A stretch of 63,774 nucleotides of DNA, counting the filler, from Octopus bimaculoides (Eukaryota), in NCBI RefSeq assembly GCF_001194135.2. It is 5 parts of 4 records of this genome, joined end to end, with 100 filler letters (N's around TTAATTAATTAA, not from the genome) between each part and the next. Parts side by side here need not be neighbours in the genome. Positions count along the whole stretch, not along the records: positions 21,050 to 45,711 come from NC_068997.1; 4 more parts are not named here. The stretch is one strand, 5' to 3'. A model generated the notes under the pieces. The model had not been told where the DNA came from, did no database searches, and was given only the letters and a program-made list of their open reading frames with translations. The position numbers were made by a program, and so were the translations under genes. Each line of letters starts with the position of its first letter. Position 1 is the stretch's first letter. Of the stretch, positions 24,186-36,176 are shown one piece after another.

Positions 24186-24489
24186 TCAGACTATCCCATT
24201 TGAGGAGGGAGAAATGTTCAATTAATCATAATGTTCATCAACATTTAATGTCCACCCTCCATCAGTTTGAAAACAGGTGTTCATAAAGAAATTACATTCA
24301 TTATATTCTGTTTGTAGATTCTATAACATTGGAAAAATAAAACGTCTTTTAATAAACACTAACTCAATGTGTGTAAACATGCTTTTTAGAAGAGTGTATG
24401 TGCGTATGTGTGTATTATGAGAGAGAGAGCGAGAGAGAGCAAGAAAGAGAGTGAGAGAGAGAGAATAGAAAATTGAATGGAAGAATGAC

Positions 24490-24992
24490 AAAGGAATCAT
24501 CATTATTTAACATCCATTGTCCATGCTGGCATGGGTTGGACAGTCTGACCAGGACTGGCATGCTGAAAGGCTGCATCAGACTCCAAACTGTTTTGGCATG
24601 GTTTCTACGGCTAAATGCCCTTCCACAATGACAACCACTCCGAGAGTGCAATGGGTTCTTTCACATGCCACCAGCACAGGTGCCATTTGCATGACACCAG
24701 TATCTGCCACGGCTTCAGTTTTACTTGACTTGATGGGTCTTCTTCTCAAGCACAACATGATACCAAAGATCTTGGTCATTACCCCTGTGAAGCCCAATAT
24801 TCCAAAGGTGTTCCAGCCACTTTGCCTCCATGAGGCTCAATGCTCAAAAGGTGCTCTTTACATGCCACTTGCAAGGGTGCCAGTTACATGACACCAACAT
24901 CAGCCATAACTGTGATTTCACTTGGCTTGACGGGTCTTCTGAAGCACAGCATATCACCAAATGTTTCAGTCACTATTCATTGCCTCTGTAAG
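24490..24992 (-). mobile_element. RTE LINE 3' end (3' UTR, internal ~190-bp duplication, (GAT)n tail)
   Basis: Minus strand ends CCCATGCCAGCATGG...GTTAAATAATGATGAT; 24875-24992 is the reverse complement of 25965-26085. Confidence 0.85.
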
Positions 24993-26095
24993 GCTCAAAG
25001 AATTCAAGGTAGAAGTAGGGGTTCACCAAGGATCAGTCCTAAGCCCCCTCTTGCTCATCATAGTCCTCCAGGTAATAACAGGAATTTAAGACAGGCTGCC
25101 CCTGGGATCTCCTCTATGCTGATGACCTTGCTCTAATAGCTGAGTCACTACCAGAGCTAGAGAAGAAGTTCCAGGTATGGAAGCAAGGTCTAGAATCAAA
25201 GGGCTTATTAAGTAGGAAAGCAGTCCAATCACAAATCCCTTCAGGTAGAGGGCCCTGCTCGATCTGTAGAAAAGGTGTAGGTAATAACTCTGCAAGATGG
25301 ACCCAGTGCAAGCTTTGGACACATAAAAAGTGCAGCAATATCAGAGGAAGGTTAACAGGGAAAATAGCTTTTGTGTGTGGTAGATGCACAGGTGCAATAA
25401 ACACCGAAAATGTACAGAAAATAGACTCTATTAACTGCCATGGGGATAAGCTAGAAGAGTAGATAACTTTCATTACCTAGGTGATCAAGTTAGTAGCAGA
25501 GGTGGATGCTCTGAGAGTGTAGCTGTGAGAATAAGATTAGGCTTGGCAAGGTTTAGAGAGCTCGTGCCTCTGCTGGCAACAAAAGGCCTCTCTCTCAGAG
25601 TGAAAGGCAGATTGTATGATGCCTGTATGCAAACAGCTTTGCTACATGGCAGTGAAACATGAGCTGTGACAGCTGAGAACATGCGTAAGCTTATAAGAAA
25701 TGTAGCCAGTAGGCTTTGCTGGATGTGCAATATCTGTGTGCATGTTCAACAGAGTGTAAGCATCTTAGGAGAAAGTTATGCATAAGCGGCATCAGATGTG
25801 GTGTGCAAGAGAGACGGACGTACTGGTATGGTCATGTGATGTATATGGATGAGGACAGCTGTGTAAGGAAGTACCAGTCCCCAACTGTGGAGGGAACCTG
25901 TGTTAGAGGTAAACCCTGGAAGACATGGGATGAAGTGGTGAAGCATGATCTCTCAACTTTGGGCCTCACAGAGGCAATGAATAGTGACTGAAACATTTGA
26001 TGATATGCTGTACTTCAGAAGATCCATGAAGCCAAGTGAAATCACAGTTATGGCTGATGCTGGTGCCATGTAACTGGCACCCGTGCAAGTGTCAT
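24993..26095 (+). pseudogene. RTE-clade LINE ORF2 C-terminal half (RT) with PHD-like Cys-rich insert
   Basis: GVHQGSVLSP, LLYADDL, CSIC...C..WTH..C...C..C, FHYLG, LLHGSET, WYGHV, GKPWKTW; frameshifted. Confidence 0.95.
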
Positions 26096-27324
26096 GTGTG
26101 TGTGTGTGTGTGCGCGTGTGTGTGTGAGCACGTATGTCTTTGTATCTGTTTGTCCCCACATCACCACTTGACAACCAGTGTTGGTGTGTTTACGTCCCCA
26201 TAACTTAGCAGTTTGACAAAAGAGACTGATAAAATAAGTACTAGGCTTAAAAAATAAGTCTTTGGGTTGATTTGATCAACTAAAACCCTTCAAGGCAGTG
26301 CTCCAGCATGGCCACAGTCAGATGACTGAAACAAGTAAAAGAATATATATATACTATCTGAAATGTCATTTACTAATGAGTTCATTTCACTTGTGGGGTG
26401 GATTTTGAAAAACCAATTCACACACACACACACACACACACACAGATCAGAGAAGTAATGTGTACCTAACTAATACTTTGATACTGTTATTAACCGCAAA
26501 ACTAAACAGTAAAGAAATGTGGAACCCAGTTCACTAAAGTGATATAGTGAGGCTTTGTTGTCATGGTGACGTTATGACATAAGTGCAAGGTATAGATGAA
26601 CTCACATAATGGTAGCAGTAGAGGAATTTAATGATAAAATTTAGAGATTTTGTCTCATAAACAGGAACAAATAGTCTTTTCTTCTCAAAATAAATATAGG
26701 TTGCACAGTGAGTGATGTAGTGTTGTATGTAATTGTTGCTGTTGTTGATGCTGCTGCAGTTCTTGTTGTTATTACTGCTGCTACTTGTAGCTGTTGCTGT
26801 TGTGGTTGTTGTTCTTTTAATTGCAAATCAGCATTGATCATAGATAACAATGATCAATGGCTTTCCAGTCATGACCAATCTGCCTGTATAGACTTATCTA
26901 GTATGTTCTTCATTTTCTTTATAAGGTGTCAAGCTGTTTTAAGGGGGATTTGGCTGTTATGTCCAGGAGGTCCACTGACTACACTCAGACTTCTTCATTG
27001 GCTTGTGACGTAATGACTAATGGGAGAAGGAACTGTTATAACAGAAAATATAACTCATCTTGTCTAAAGCATCATTTTCATTCTTGAATGGATAAGATCA
27101 AATGGTGCCACTGGTATGGCAGCAACACTCATTTACAATTAACATATGATGTGAAATCATAGAGACACTAACACACACACACACAATATATATATGTATA
27201 CAAATATAAACATATACATATTTATGAATAAATGTATACCTATAAACATATACACATATCAATATATACGTATACAAATATATCCATATGTAAATATATC
27301 AAATATATATATACATATACATTT

Positions 27325-27790
27325 TCATCATCATCTTTTAACAACCAAGTTCCATGCTAGTGTGGGTTGGATGGTTTGACAAAGACTGCATTGTGCTTCA
27401 GTATCTGCTTTAGCATAGCTTCTAAGGCTGGATGTTCTTCCTAACACCAACCACTTTACAGTGTTTACTGGGTGTTTTTTTCATGCGGTTGTTCTAAAAG
27501 CATGGTTGCCCTTGCATACAGGATTATCCCCTGCATCTCTCTCCAGCTGAACATTCCTAATCTTGCAGGCTCATAGGTGCTGGTGTCACATAAACGCATC
27601 TGTGTTGGTGCTGCATGAAATCACTCAGCTCACTCTGTAAAGTGGTTGGTGTTAGGAAGGGCATCCAGTCATAGAAACCATGCCAAAACAGACATGGAAT
27701 CTGGTCAGCTCTTCAGTTGGCCAGCTTCTGTCAAGCTGTCCAGCCCATGCCAGAATGGAAAACAGATGTTAAAGGATGTTCATGATGATA
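27325..27790. mobile_element. two RTE-type 3' ends in divergent orientation
   Basis: Minus copy about 27325-27490 and plus copy about 27560-27790, both containing AAAGTGGTTGGTGTTAGGAAG. Confidence 0.7.
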
Positions 27791-28559
27791 CTGACAGGCA
27801 CTACTGAGACCACCATGCAGCTCACAAATCTGCAAAAGTCAAGGAGGTGGTGGTGATGAGGTGGGGGTGGGAGGTCCTTATATCATTAGATGGGGATTAA
27901 CGTATCAGAGACGTTGGGGTAGAGCAGGTCCATATTGTAGAGCAGCTACAGACTATTTGCAATTAGGAGGGAGAGTGAGAATGAACTGATGGTATCTCCA
28001 GTGAGATAAATGACAGTGATGAGGTATCCAAGTGGTACCTCAAGGTATGAGGTGAGTAGTAATGGATAGGGGGTGGGGTGCTTGCAGGAGTGTATGTGGT
28101 GGGAAGGGATAGGGAAATGGGAGAAAGGAAGATAGGGAGGCAATATCTGTAAAGATTGGGAAGAGTTGAAGGGAGGAAGTGCATGATTTGGGAAGGCTAG
28201 AGGGATGCTTGCAGTAGGTTAATAATGATGATACAGTTGACAGGAGGAGAGTGATGACATGTTTGGATAGGTTACAAGAGTGGAGTAGGGAGAAGTGGGG
28301 GCATGGTGCATGAGATGATTTGGTGGTCCATGGAAGGATGGGACGGCCAATGTAGCATGTGGGTGTAGAAAACAATATTAATGGATGAAGAATAGCTAAC
28401 AAGTGAAATAGTTCTGGATAACAAGAAAGAAAAGTGGTATCAAGAGCAGGGGATGAGCTGCAGTGAGAGAGATATGGGGAGGGGTCAATATGAGGAGGGA
28501 ACTGACCAAGTGAGGTTCCCATTATACACTTATGTGACAGATACACACACTGCTTCCAG

Positions 28560-29260
28560 AAGTTAGTTTCATTGTGATGGGCAGGTCTTATCATGAGCCT
28601 CATATCACCAGTCATTTCTTCTGTGAAGCTCAGGATTCTGATGTTGGTCTTCACCACTTTGTCCCATGTCTTCTTGGGTCTGCCTCATCTACAAATTTCA
28701 TCCACATTTAGTGATTGGCACTTCTTCATACAGATGTCCTCATCCATATGCATCACATGACCATACCAGCACTGTCTTCTTTCATGCCCATTGCATCTAA
28801 ATCCTCTTATACCCATCTTTTCTCTCAGCACATTTATATTGTCATTCATGTACACTAACACTGCACATCCAAAGAAACATACTCACTTCATTTCTTTGCA
28901 GCCTTCTCACGTCCTCTGCATTCAAGGCCTATGTTGCACTACCAAGCAGCATTGCAGTTTTAACACAAGAATCATACAATCTACTCTTCACTGTAAGAAA
29001 AAGATTTTTGTTGCCCACAGTAAGAGTAACTCCATGAACTCTCTCCAACCCATTTTTACTATAGTTACTATACTTTCTACCGCCTATGAACAGAACAGGA
29101 ACACAGGAGTACAAAGAAAACGAGTTACACAACTTCAGAGCCAACTTCTTGCCCTCATTCCCAACAGACCAGCAGTATCCAACCTGCAACAGATCCTTCT
29201 CAACCCACATCAGATTGATTGGCCACAGCCAGACACCTCACGACCTATCTTCTTCTCATA
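28560..29260 (-). pseudogene. RTE LINE ORF2 C-terminal fragment (same family as 24993)
   Basis: VKSRLYDSCVKTAMLLGSAT, WYGHV, GRPKKTWDKVVK on minus. Confidence 0.85.
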
Positions 29261-29360
29261 TAATGTCAATGGTCATTGTCAATAACAATTGACAAACATT
29301 TCTATACTTTCAGAGCAAGTACCTCCCTTGTTGATGACATCTCAGTAGCAAAAGTTATCA

Positions 29361-29401
<41 letters not shown>

Positions 29402-29689
29402 TTGATTGATAGATAGATATACCCATATACTTACACAATAGGCTTCTTTCAGCTTCCATCAACTAAAACTACTTGCAACGAACTTTTTTCCCCTACCAAA
29501 AAAATGCATGTATGAAAGTGTAATTATTATACCTGAGCATTTGTGCATACATAAGTATACATATCTTGGTATGTATATAAAAGTATGTATAAATGTTAAC
29601 TGAATTTCCTAGAATAGGATCTAACATTATTTATATACTCATATTGACACACTAGTGTCCTCATCTTGATTGTTACAGTTACAAGGTTT

Positions 29690-29845
29690 CAATTCTTGTT
29701 CTCTCCAGCTTTTTTCAGTTCCCATCTACCAAATCCACTCACAAGCCTTTGGTTGGCCTGGGGCTAAGGTAGAACACACTTGCCAAAGGTACCATGCAAT
29801 TGGACTGAACCAAGAGCTGTGTGATTGGGAAGCAAACTTCTTACC
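29690..29845 (-). mobile_element. family A SINE 5' half
   Basis: Reverse complement of the SINE A head. Confidence 0.8.
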
Positions 29846-32180
29846 ACATAGCCACACCCAGTATAGTTCTCTATTAGTCAATCTCTTACTTTTGATATCA
29901 CACAAATCAATGCATATACATACACACAACAAATCATACAGCATTTTGCAAATTTTCCAGCTGCCTCTTGAAGCTTGTTATAAAATTAGTAGTTTTTATT
30001 GCTGCTGTTTCATCTATGGGTGTATAAAATACAAATATATTAGCATTTTCCTTTGTACACCAAAACCTAGCATAGCAAACAAGATTCTCTCATCAATTGC
30101 CATTCATTAAATTTTTACCTTTCTTACTAATTTATATATATATATATATATACATCATACATGTATCATTATTATTGTTGTTGTTGTTATTAATGCAGCG
30201 AGTTGGTAGAACTTAGACAGGGTGCTTAGTAACACCTTGAGTTCTTAGTTCAAATTCTGATAACATCAATTTTGTCTTATCCTTTTAGGAGAGGTGAGTA
30301 GTGCTTTTTACGTGACACAAGTACAGGGGAGGTCAGTTTTGGTAAGGTTTTTATAGCTGGATGCCCTTCCGAACACCAACCACTTTACAGTGTGGACTGA
30401 GTGCTTTTAAGTGGCACCTGCACTAAAAAAAAAACTTTCAAGAAGGGAGGAAGCATTGGAAGAGGTGATCTTGTGTTGGATGATGAAAAGGCTATAGTGA
30501 GACAGATGTGGATGTCTTGCTGTAGAGGAAGTACAAGGTTACCCAGCCAGAGCAAGAAAGATCAGGAATGTACGGGAGAAGAAGAGAGGGAAGTACAGGA
30601 GAAGAAGAGAGAGTGGGAGACAGCAGGATAGAGATGGTGGCAAAATGCAAGGCATACACATAAGGAATGGGGATAAGAATGTAAATGGGATAGTTGAGTA
30701 AAGGAAGAGAGAGATATAGATGGTGGCAAGTGCCAGGGCCACAGTCTAATACCTGGCCACAGTCTAATGGTTGAAACAAGTAAAAGATAAAAGACTGGGA
30801 CAAATGGGTATCACAGAAAAATAGACAAACAAAAAGAATGAATTGAAAATAAGCTATAAGGTAAGGGGGGAAATTGCAGCCATGGAGAAAAAAGGGAGAG
30901 AATCACAGAGAAACACACACACATGTATTTACAATCATATTTTTATGTTGACATAGATTAGATATACAAAACATTTTTGAGGCAGATTTTCTATTGCTGG
31001 ATATTTTTCTTGTCACCAAACCTTCACTTGTTTTTCAAGAAAGGTATTTTTCATTCCACTGGTCCATTCATGTCCAATGAACAAAAAGACGTTCATTGCA
31101 TGGGAAAATGTAAACAAGGTCACCACTTTTTGCTCAGATGATGTTAATGAGAACACACAGAATCGATATTCACATGCACAGTCTTACACACACACACACA
31201 CACATCTCTCAGAAACGCCATTGCACCCAACAATACACAACCATGCACTTTTAAATATGCTCATTGGAGATGCAGCACTTGTCTCTCTACATTAACAACA
31301 CTTGAAGTTTAGCAGCTCAACCAGTAGAAAATGATACAATAGGTAGATTGTAATCTGAAATATGTAATGGAGTTGATATGATTAAAATCCTTAAAAGCAG
31401 TGCCCCAGCATGGCTACAATTCAATGAGTGTAACCAGAAAAATAATGAAAGAATATACATATACACATAAGAAGAGAGAACTCTAAGTTAAGACAGATGG
31501 ATAGTGAGATAAAAACATTAATATATACCTATATATACATTACATAAATATCAGAGAATTACATTCTTTGTATTTTAGGAATATCACATGTTTTAGTATG
31601 TAATTAAATATACAGAAATATATCCAAGTTTCTTGAATTTTGTAGAACATATGAAATAGTTGCTCATTTTCTTTAAACTGTCATGATAGCAGGTGTTTAC
31701 ATATTCTTACTATGGGTAAGAAGTTTATGTGTTTGCATGTGTGTGTGTGTGTAACTGTGATTGTATAAAAAAAAATTTATACATACCTGTTGTTTAACAA
31801 ATTTATACATATTGGTTTCTCCATATGCTTCACTTACTTTGTGTACTTAGAGTGTCTTTGTTGCCAGGGAAACATCATTCGGCACTGAAATACCTCACAA
31901 CACACACACATACATACACATATGTATATACACGTAGACATGAACAAAAGTATATGCTGGTAGATAGGAAGAGAAATATGTTGTCACATGTAAATACATG
32001 TTCAGGTGTACTGTTGGGTCGATGTCAGTCTTAATTCTTTGCTCTGTAACTCTGAAAATCCTTTGTGTACCACCAGGTGAAATATTCTAACGAGAAATTA
32101 ATTAACAGCTTAAAGATATTAATACATTTTTAATAAAGTTGGTGGAACTGAAATAAGTGGTAGAACTTTAAGCTAAATCC

Positions 32181-32392
32181 CTAACCCTTTAGCATTCAGA
32201 TTATTCAGTGAAATACAATGTTTGTTTGTTTATACTGTTTTGAATTAATCGTGCATTATCTTATAGTTAAGAGACTTTAATGACAGTTTAGTTTTAAAAG
32301 GACATTTTAGGATTGAGGTGAGAAGCCATATCTGGTCTGCTTCAACATGAAACTGGTAAAATATTTTGACTGGTTTGAATGCTAAACAGTAC
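32181..32392. mobile_element. piggyBac-type MITE (tentative)
   Basis: 5' TAACCCTTTAGCATTCA and a degenerate complementary end TGAATGCTAAACAG. Confidence 0.4.
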
Positions 32393-32719
32393 TTAGTTTC
32401 ATTCCTCAAAGTTTCCAGTTCAAATTCCACCAGAACTAACTTAGTCTTTTTATCACTCATATACAGCTGCAGCTGACTGAAGAAATAACTTGGTACCATA
32501 TTAAATTTCAGCTTCACCGTTTCTCTATTTCACACACTTTTTTCAGTCAGTTCATTCTCCAGAGATCTTCTGGAAAATGAACTGATTGACTCTTTCTGCA
32601 TAAGTACACATCTCTAAGCGGAGTTCAACATTGCTAACTAAAACACTACATAAACAGGAGAGAAATATCAAATAGTCCTTTTAATTTACTCATTTAGGGT
32701 GAGCAGGTGGGTAGATAAG

Positions 32720-32878
32720 TGCAGGTGTAGCTGTGTGGTTAGAATATAGCTTTCCAACCATATGGTCTTGGGTTCAGTCCCACTGCACTTCACCTTGGAC
32801 AAATGTCTTCTACTATATGCCCAGGTCAATCAAAGCCTTGTGAATGAATTTGGTAGATGGAAACTGAAAGAAGGCCAT

Positions 32879-32937
<59 letters not shown>

Positions 32938-33136
32938 TTGTCCCACCCCACCATCACTTGAAAACTGGTGTGAGTGTGTTTAAATACCAGTAACTTAGCA
33001 ATCTGGCAAACAGAAATTAATAGAATAGGTCAATAGGCTTAAAAATAAGTACAGGGGTCTATTTATTCAACAAAACTCAAAGCAAAGCTCCAGCATGGCC
33101 ACAATCTGATGAATGATACAACATAAAGGAATAAAA
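32720..33136 (+). mobile_element. family A SINE
   Basis: GCTGTGTGGTTAG...GGGTTCAGTCCCACTGC...CTCCAGCATGGCCAC. Confidence 0.85.
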
Positions 33137-34516
33137 GGTGTGTGTGTGTGTGTATTTGTGTCTCCTTGTCTTGACATTGTATAGTTGTAAATGAGTGTCA
33201 TTCTGTGAAAACATTTGTGGCCAGCAGGGAAATATAACATTGCTTGGAACAGGTCAGGGTTGGTGACAGGAAGGGTATCAAGTCATAAAATATTTGCCTC
33301 AATAAACTCCATTTGACCCATGCAAGCATGGAAAAGTGGACTCAAAACGATGATGATGATGAGTATAGAGTTCCAAGAAGATCTTGAACTTTTACCAAAA
33401 TATTTTTGAAATTTTTTTATTTCTCTTGTACTTTATTGATTCCGGTAAGTCATAGTTGTGTCGTTATTGCTAACATCAACTATTTCTCATGCCAGTTTCA
33501 TTTGTAACTATTGTAAAAAAAAAAAAAGTGCAGCGATTAATTAATGAATTTTTTACTCTTTTATTGATTTCATTTACTTGGCAGTGGACATTCTGAAATG
33601 TTGCACTTCAAAGACAAACTTTGTTCATAAAGAATTTATATATTTTTATTATTATGGAGCATTTGAACATTTAAAAAGAGAATTTATGAAATTCTATTTT
33701 ATTTTAAGTCAATTTTTCCTAATGATTTTTTAACATTTCAAAGAAAATTTTAATGAAAATTTACTTTACTGATTATCTTTGAACATTCCTAATTAGTTTC
33801 ATATTTGAATTGAGATAAATTCACAGGAATAAATAACTACACATAGTGCATGCCATGATTTTACCAAAATTTTCCAGGCAAATTTTCAGATTTTTTTTTT
33901 TTTTTTGACTATCTTTGCTATGTAAATTATGCTGTCATACAGAATGTTACTTAATTAAATTTCATCTAATTATGAGAGATTACGATGACATAGCTTAGCA
34001 GTGAGCAAGTGATCAAACAGTATTTCTGATGAAATGTTTAGGTGGGGTTGCAATCACACAACAAAGGTCATACAGTTGGTTTGACTAAAAACACAAACTA
34101 CAAAAGAAAAAACATTATAATAATATTTAGCTATTACTCACCATGGATTTAAATTTATCATAAATGAAACCAACTTGAAGCAGTTTTTACTGATCATCAC
34201 AAAATGCAGATTTTGCTTCCAATTTTGCATTCAAATATGACTGTCACTTAATATCTGTGGTATGTTGGAATGAGACGACTGAGAGAGAGAGAGAGATTGC
34301 CACGAAAGAAGTCATAAAATATCGCAGACGATGTTTACGATTCCAGTGAACAATTATTCATTCAGCGAATGCCGAACTGTAAATAAGTGGGGATACATTG
34401 TGTATGTGTGTGTGGTAACTGTTCAGTTTAGTGATATTAAAAAGTAAATAAAAATTAAGAAGGAGGTATCTAGTAAAGGGCCATACACAAGTCAACTTAC
34501 TGTTAACAAATCCCAA

Positions 34517-34895
34517 TCTCTGAGAGATTTAGAAATATTATATTTCTAATTTTGCTGATCAGTGAATAAACTTCACTATGATTTATATAAGTTTGCGAAG
34601 GCGAAACAGGCTTCGCTATCCAGCTGGCAAGCTACTTCAGGCTGATGACGAGCAAAGACTCAGAAACATGTCCCTGAATGCTGGCTAGGCTGGGTGGAGG
34701 AGCTTGTCTCCCCCTCGCAAACTTAAGGACACAGTAATTGAGTCAAGGCCGACAGGAAGCGGTCCAGCTTCCTAGGGCTAAACGGCAGTAGTGTGTTCCC
34801 TTATTGGGATTGTCACATTAAGTTGACAATATACAACTTTATCGCTCCACTACTGCTTAAATCTCTCTGAGAGATTTAGAAATATTATATTTCTA
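34517..34895 (+). mobile_element. ~347-bp hammerhead-bearing unit with 32-bp terminal direct repeats (retrozyme-like)
   Basis: TCTCTGAGAGATTTAGAAATATTATATTTCTA at 34517-34548 and 34864-34895; no ORF; central HHR; many hairpins. Confidence 0.8.
34636..34678 (+). ncRNA. minimal type I hammerhead ribozyme, intact consensus
   Basis: TTCAGG-CTGATGA-C-GAG(CAAAGA)CTC-A-GAAA-CATG-TC-CCTGAA: 6-bp stem I, palindromic ACATGT stem III, GUC cleavage after 34672. Confidence 0.9.
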
Positions 34896-35708
34896 TATAT
34901 NNNNNNNNNNNNNNNNNNNNNNNNNNNNNNNNNNNNNNNNNNNNNNNNNNNNNNNNNNNNNNNNNNNNNNNNNNNNNNNNNNNNNNNNNNNNTCGTATTT
35001 CAAGGCTTCATAGTTTAAACAAATTACATGCGAAGCGCATTTGTTCATCAAAATTATATTCCATCATATTCTATTGTCTGTTCTCATCGTTGTGCCACAA
35101 GCTCAATTCCACATTTATACCATTTGGCTTGTTTAAAGGTAAAAATCTCCCTATATCCGTTTTCAACCTCATCCACGTTGTTGAACTTTCATCTGTGCAG
35201 GAAAGGAGTCAACGGTCTGGGCTGTAGGCAGAGTGGGGCAACACTTCTAGCCCCACACGTTCATACTTGGTTACATCGGAATGTGTGCTGGAAAAATTGC
35301 TTTTTTTTTTTTTCCTGTTTCCACCGCCAATACCAGCACTACTACCACCATGACAAAACCCACAATGATCACCACCACTTCATTGTTCCTCGATAGAGGA
35401 ATCCGGAAAAACTTGTGCGATATTGAGTTTTCTTCCTTACTTAAACCAAGCATGGAGTTATAACATTATTTGGTGAATAAAGTATTGCTATAGGATTTGT
35501 ATTGTCATTCCTTCTTATGATAGTTTACTCATTGAGTCAAATATGAACAAAGTCCTACACCTCAAAGACTGAGCACAATAGTGCTGAAGTCAAACACTGT
35601 TTCGCAATAAATACAATTTTCTCACCAGTATTCTCGATATCAACTACATGTTCATCCTTCGCAAATTTCTAGTAGCGAGACAAATTTCTCTTATGTGATA
35701 TTGAAGTC

Positions 35709-35915
35709 ATATTTTTTATTACCCACGAGGGGCTAAACATAGAAGGGGACAAACACCATCGGGGAACTAAAATTATAAAATGGAGGTATAAAGAAAGAAA
35801 CAAAATAAAAGAAAAGAATGAATTATGAAAAAGATGATATAATGAGGCGAAATGCTCACTCGACCCCCCGACGTCGAGTGGTTACATTGATACCGTTTTG
35901 TCCTTCAGTACCTTC
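35709..35915 (-). mobile_element. 5'-truncated L1/Tx1-like 3' end flanked by a 15-bp target-site duplication
   Basis: TGTGATATTGAAGTC at 35694-35708 and 35916-35930; the insert begins with a T-rich tail and TTATTACCCACGAGGGGGCTAAACATAGAAGGGGAC. Confidence 0.75.
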
Positions 35916-36003
35916 TGTGATATTGAAGTCGACTAGCCTTTTACGGTTTCAGCACGTTAATCTGTAATGATTGGTCATCTTACCTGTTATGTGAGTTTGG
36001 AAC

Positions 36004-36176
36004 ATTGGTTGAGTCCTGTGCTTTGATTGGTCAAGTATTGCGCGGGATATGGATTGATGATCCAATCACGTTGCGCGTGATACATTTTGAACTAATCTGA
36101 ATTTGCGCTGGAGCCTACCCTCCTTCTATATATAGGTCTAACAGATGATCTATGAGCAATGTACTAGAAGGTGAGT
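36004..36176 (+). promoter_or_regulatory. candidate Pol II promoter (3 CCAAT boxes, TATA) and donor site
   Basis: ATTGG at 36004 and 36026, CCAAT at 36062, TATATATA at 36127-36134, AAG|GTGAGT at 36170/36171; locally CpG-retaining. Confidence 0.4.

Noticed and set aside
26641-26850. Gln/Ala/Thr-rich ORF as a host exon
   Set aside because: It derives from a degenerate (GTT/GCT)n repeat and has no supporting splice structure.
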